A stretch of DNA of 64,000 nt, from positions 31,186,001-31,250,000 of the forward strand of contig OX597830.1 of NCBI GenBank assembly GCA_951406725.2, given 5' to 3'. Below are positions 58,066-64,000 of the stretch, piece by piece. Each line of letters begins with the position of its first letter. The stretch's first letter is position 1. The translations under genes were made by a program, and so were the position numbers. Below the pieces are notes generated by a model. That model worked only from the letters and a program-made list of their open reading frames with translations, ran no database searches and had not been told where the DNA came from. This DNA comes from Octopus vulgaris. Lineage: Eukaryota.

Positions 58066-58416
58066 GTTATTGTTATTATTATTATTAAATCAGTATAAGG
58101 CGGGCCACAACTACCCACCCATATTTTTTGAGGAGTGGGGGTGGCATTGACAACAACAATAATAATAATAATAATGATAATAATAATAATAATAATTATA
58201 ATTATAATTATTATAATAACAATAATAATAGCAGTAATCCTTTCTTTATTATTGCCACAAGGGCGACGGATGAGTGGACGTTAAAGGGACAATAATAATA
58301 GGAACAACAACAACAGAGAGCTAGAGCAATAGTCATAATAATGCGCATCATCAGAACCATAATAATGCTTTGAAGAAGGGCGAAAATGATAATGATTTTT
58401 AGATACGAAAATAGTT

Positions 58417-58630
58417 ATAGGCACAAGGCCACACATATTTAGTGAGGAAAGAAATATCGAATATATCAACTCCGGAACTTAACAGTTATTATATATTTTT
58501 ATCAACACGAGAGCATGAAAGGCAAAACCAAAACTGCAGCGGGATTTGAACCCACAACTCGTAAGGTTAAAAGGATGTAAATAGATACTACCTAAGCAGT
58601 CATCCTGCCGCTCTACCGATTCTGCCATCC
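58417..58630 (-). mobile_element. Family-1-related SINE, near full length and decayed
   Basis: ggcacaaggcc...atgaaaggcaaa...gggatttgaaccc...cgattctgccatcc. Confidence 0.65.
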
Positions 58631-60784
58631 AATACTCTCTAGTTGCAATTCGGAAACAAGTAAAATGGTTTGGTTCCAAGGAATTTAAAGTGTGTTTCAG
58701 ATACGGCTCTCCACGAAAATTTGTCCACAAATACATGAAATTGGCAGGGAGAAGGGATTATATACACATAATAATGATTTAAAAAAAAAAAAGAAATATA
58801 TATATATATATATATGAATTTGTGAGGGGCATTATCGATATAAATGATGTGAAGCAATTCTGACTGAGAATTGAACCTGGCTCGCGAAATGAGCAGAAAA
58901 CTTACCGCTGCACCACAGCAACCACTATAATGATAGTAATGATAATGTTAGTTCCATGGATGTTGATTTTGTTTTGTTTTTCTTTTTTTTTTTTTTTTTT
59001 TCGTTAACATATAGGAAGTGGGATGTTGTAACGTTCATACTTTCCCAGGACCATGATCGTATGATAGAAATGAAACGTTACTAACCGGGAATCGAAACTG
59101 GAACGCAAAATTACCTCTCCACGAGGCATGAATGAGACTTGTTATTTATGAAAAAGGAATAATCAAGGGAGAAATTGAGAAGTTGTGATGTTCATAAGAA
59201 GAATGAGAAATGAAACGATGAGAGAGTGAGGTTAAGTGAGGTAATCGTGGTCGAAATGACAACTATGAGTAGAAGGAGGAGAAGGAGGAGGAGGAGGCTT
59301 AATAGAGAGGGGTGGATTAGAAATTAAATTGACACTGATTGGAGAAAGACACAAGAAGACATGCATAAAAAAGATCGAAAGAGATATAGAGGGAGGGGGA
59401 CGAGATGAAGAGAGAGAGAGAGAGAGAAAGTGATGGTGGAGTGAGAGTAGGAGGTCTAATGAAAGAGTGGCAGGAAGAGAAATAAACTGTGAGAGAGTGG
59501 AAGATAATGAAGGAAAGATAATGATGAATAGAAGATAATTAGAGGGGGGAAGAAAGGTATAGCGAGTGATATAAAGGAGGGGGTGGTTGCAAAAAGAGGA
59601 AGTGGAGTGAAGTAAGAGATGAAGGGGAGGTAGATAATGAGATTGGAGAATATAATGATAGAAATAAAGGGTAAGAGACAGATAATAGTGTGTGTTGTGT
59701 GAGAGAGAGAGGGGGGTAAAGTGGAGGGAGGAGAGAGATGCAATGAGGAAGTAAAACATGGAAAAAGAGATGATGACGACGACGATGGTGTCGGCGGTGA
59801 CGCTGGCGACGGTGAATGATGAGGACGATGGTACGGTGGTGGTGGTGGTGGTGGTTGTGGCATAAGTGGTATTTTAAATACGGTGGTGGTAAAGGCGGCT
59901 GCGGCGGCGGTGGTGGTGGTGGTGGTGGTGAAAGTATTGTAAGATAGGTTTCATTAACTTTCCTTTATTGCCTTGTATATCCTTCATAAAATGAACAACG
60001 ACGCACAAATGACTTCAGCGATCCGGTTTCGATATCCAGTCGAAACTAGCTTCAGTTCAGTTTCTCTGTTAACAGCCTCTAACGGAACAGACTGAACGCC
60101 ACATATTCACATTATTTACAAACAAAACCGAGAAGAAAAAAAAAAACGTTGGGGGGTGTACCTTGTGCCATCATGACAAATTTTCTAGATATTGAGCATG
60201 GGGCCCTAAGTGGGGGAATGGGTTATGGTGTTGTGATTTTAATATTTTCCCTCTTTTCTTTAAATACACATGTGCACATGCAAGATCCAACAACAAATTC
60301 CCTACGTGGTCACATTACATGTCAGAAATAGCAGTCAAAATCTCCTTAATATCACATCCTCCTGTCTTTAAAAAAAAATTGTGAAGGGCATTCGTGGATA
60401 GTTACGACGGGAACGTCTCATAGATCTCGATTTGTGTAGACCTAGGGCTAAACAACAAAATGTGGAGATGCTTGATCAATTAAATGTCCATCAAATCGAA
60501 CTGTCTTCAAAACCCAGTAGATATTAGATGATGTAGTCCGAGTTACACTGTCTGAAATATAATGCGGACGGTCACGGATGGAATGTCTTTAATTATGGAT
60601 AATGAGAGGTGACCTGGAGTAAGCAGCACCAAACGCATTCACACATGCTTACATACACACACACACATACATGCTCACACACGTACATACACACAAAATA
60701 GCATCAATGATTGACTGGAGTAAGAAAAATCGTTTTGAGACTAGAGAACAGAAACTAGCAGAGGAAGCAAAAAATAAAAGTAAT

Positions 60785-60829
<45 letters not shown>

Positions 60830-61346
60830 GTAGGTAGGTAGGTAGGTAGGTAGATAGATATGCTAAGAGTTGAGATATAGAACGAAAAAGAAGGCTCGAA
60901 TGAGAAAGTGACATAGGGAGATGGACAAGAGGAAGAAAGGTAGATCTATAAGGTGAAACTAATTAAGAAGGTGGTAGGAAGAGAGAAAAAAGAAAAAGAG
61001 AAGACACAAGAACAGGTGAGTACCTGCCATTGTAAGGGGAGGAAGCAGAGGTGGACGACGGAGCTGAAGAAGGAAGAGGGAAAGTGGTAAAACTTAAAGT
61101 GGTAGTGACAGGCCGAGGTGGAGATGAAAATAAAGAATGTGTGTGCGTGTTTATAGTATGTGTATGTGTGACAAAGAGAGAAGAAGAGAGAGACAGATAG
61201 GCAAAGAGTGTGGTAGTAAATTATATAGATGTAAGTAAAGGCGAAAACGCTTATATTATACAGAACTGGCTTCTTTTTAAATTCATTTACTGCTTTCTAG
61301 CAACTCCCACTATACATACACAAATCTGTGTGCGTGCACGAAATGA

Positions 61347-63482
<2,136 letters not shown>

Positions 63483-64000
63483 AGCACACTCGCTTCCATA
63501 TATTCTCATAAATGATATTCTTCTGAGAGTGTCTATCGTATTATCTAGGGTATTGCATAACATTCTATGGAGTATTATGGAACGCCCTAAAGCTTTTTTA
63601 TTTCTTTAATTATCATTTATTTTAACCCTCATTTTCGGGCTTTGGACTCAAAGTTTCTTCTACGACTAACTTTTAACACAATAGATACCAATTGGCCCTC
63701 CGTATAAGACGGGACATCTTTGGAACTATGGTTAGAAAAATCCCATCAGTTAGAAAAAATTTTCATATTCCAATTAAAAATGTTTATCATAAATTCACGT
63801 GAGAATCACTTACTAAATCTTGTTCATAAAAGCAGTAGTTATGTTCCAATTATTCGAGTGGCTGAGCTGATTCATTGTGCCAAAGTCCTCCAGATGCTTG
63901 CTTACTTTCGTAGTTTATTGAAAACACATAAAGGAAAGTATTTTTATTAGGAATATGGATGGTTACGGAAGTGTTAGATCATTGCGGCTGCACTAGAAAA

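Overview
Eukaryotic, AT-rich, almost entirely non-coding DNA, saturated with (TA)n/(CA)n/(GA)n/(GATA)n/(AAT)n microsatellites and decayed tRNA-derived SINEs and RTE-clade LINE fragments. The repeat landscape is what I associate with an Octopus (coleoid cephalopod) genome; this is an inference, not a database result. Nearly all ORFs in the supplied track are microsatellite artefacts. The window reads best as large introns of an unidentified minus-strand gene. A 28-nt microexon (62934-62961) and a 104-nt exon (55102-55205) splice in frame to a Ser/Thr/Pro-rich peptide, and there are possible internal alternative first exons near 45-47 kb. Main highlights: (1) two adjacent, co-oriented short elements at 18.4-18.9 kb that each carry a hammerhead-ribozyme-like motif (Penelope/retrozyme-like); (2) a switch from CpG-depleted DNA (1 to ~35 kb) to CpG-retaining DNA; (3) a nested, inverted SINE cluster able to form dsRNA; (4) several local duplication or template-switch scars.
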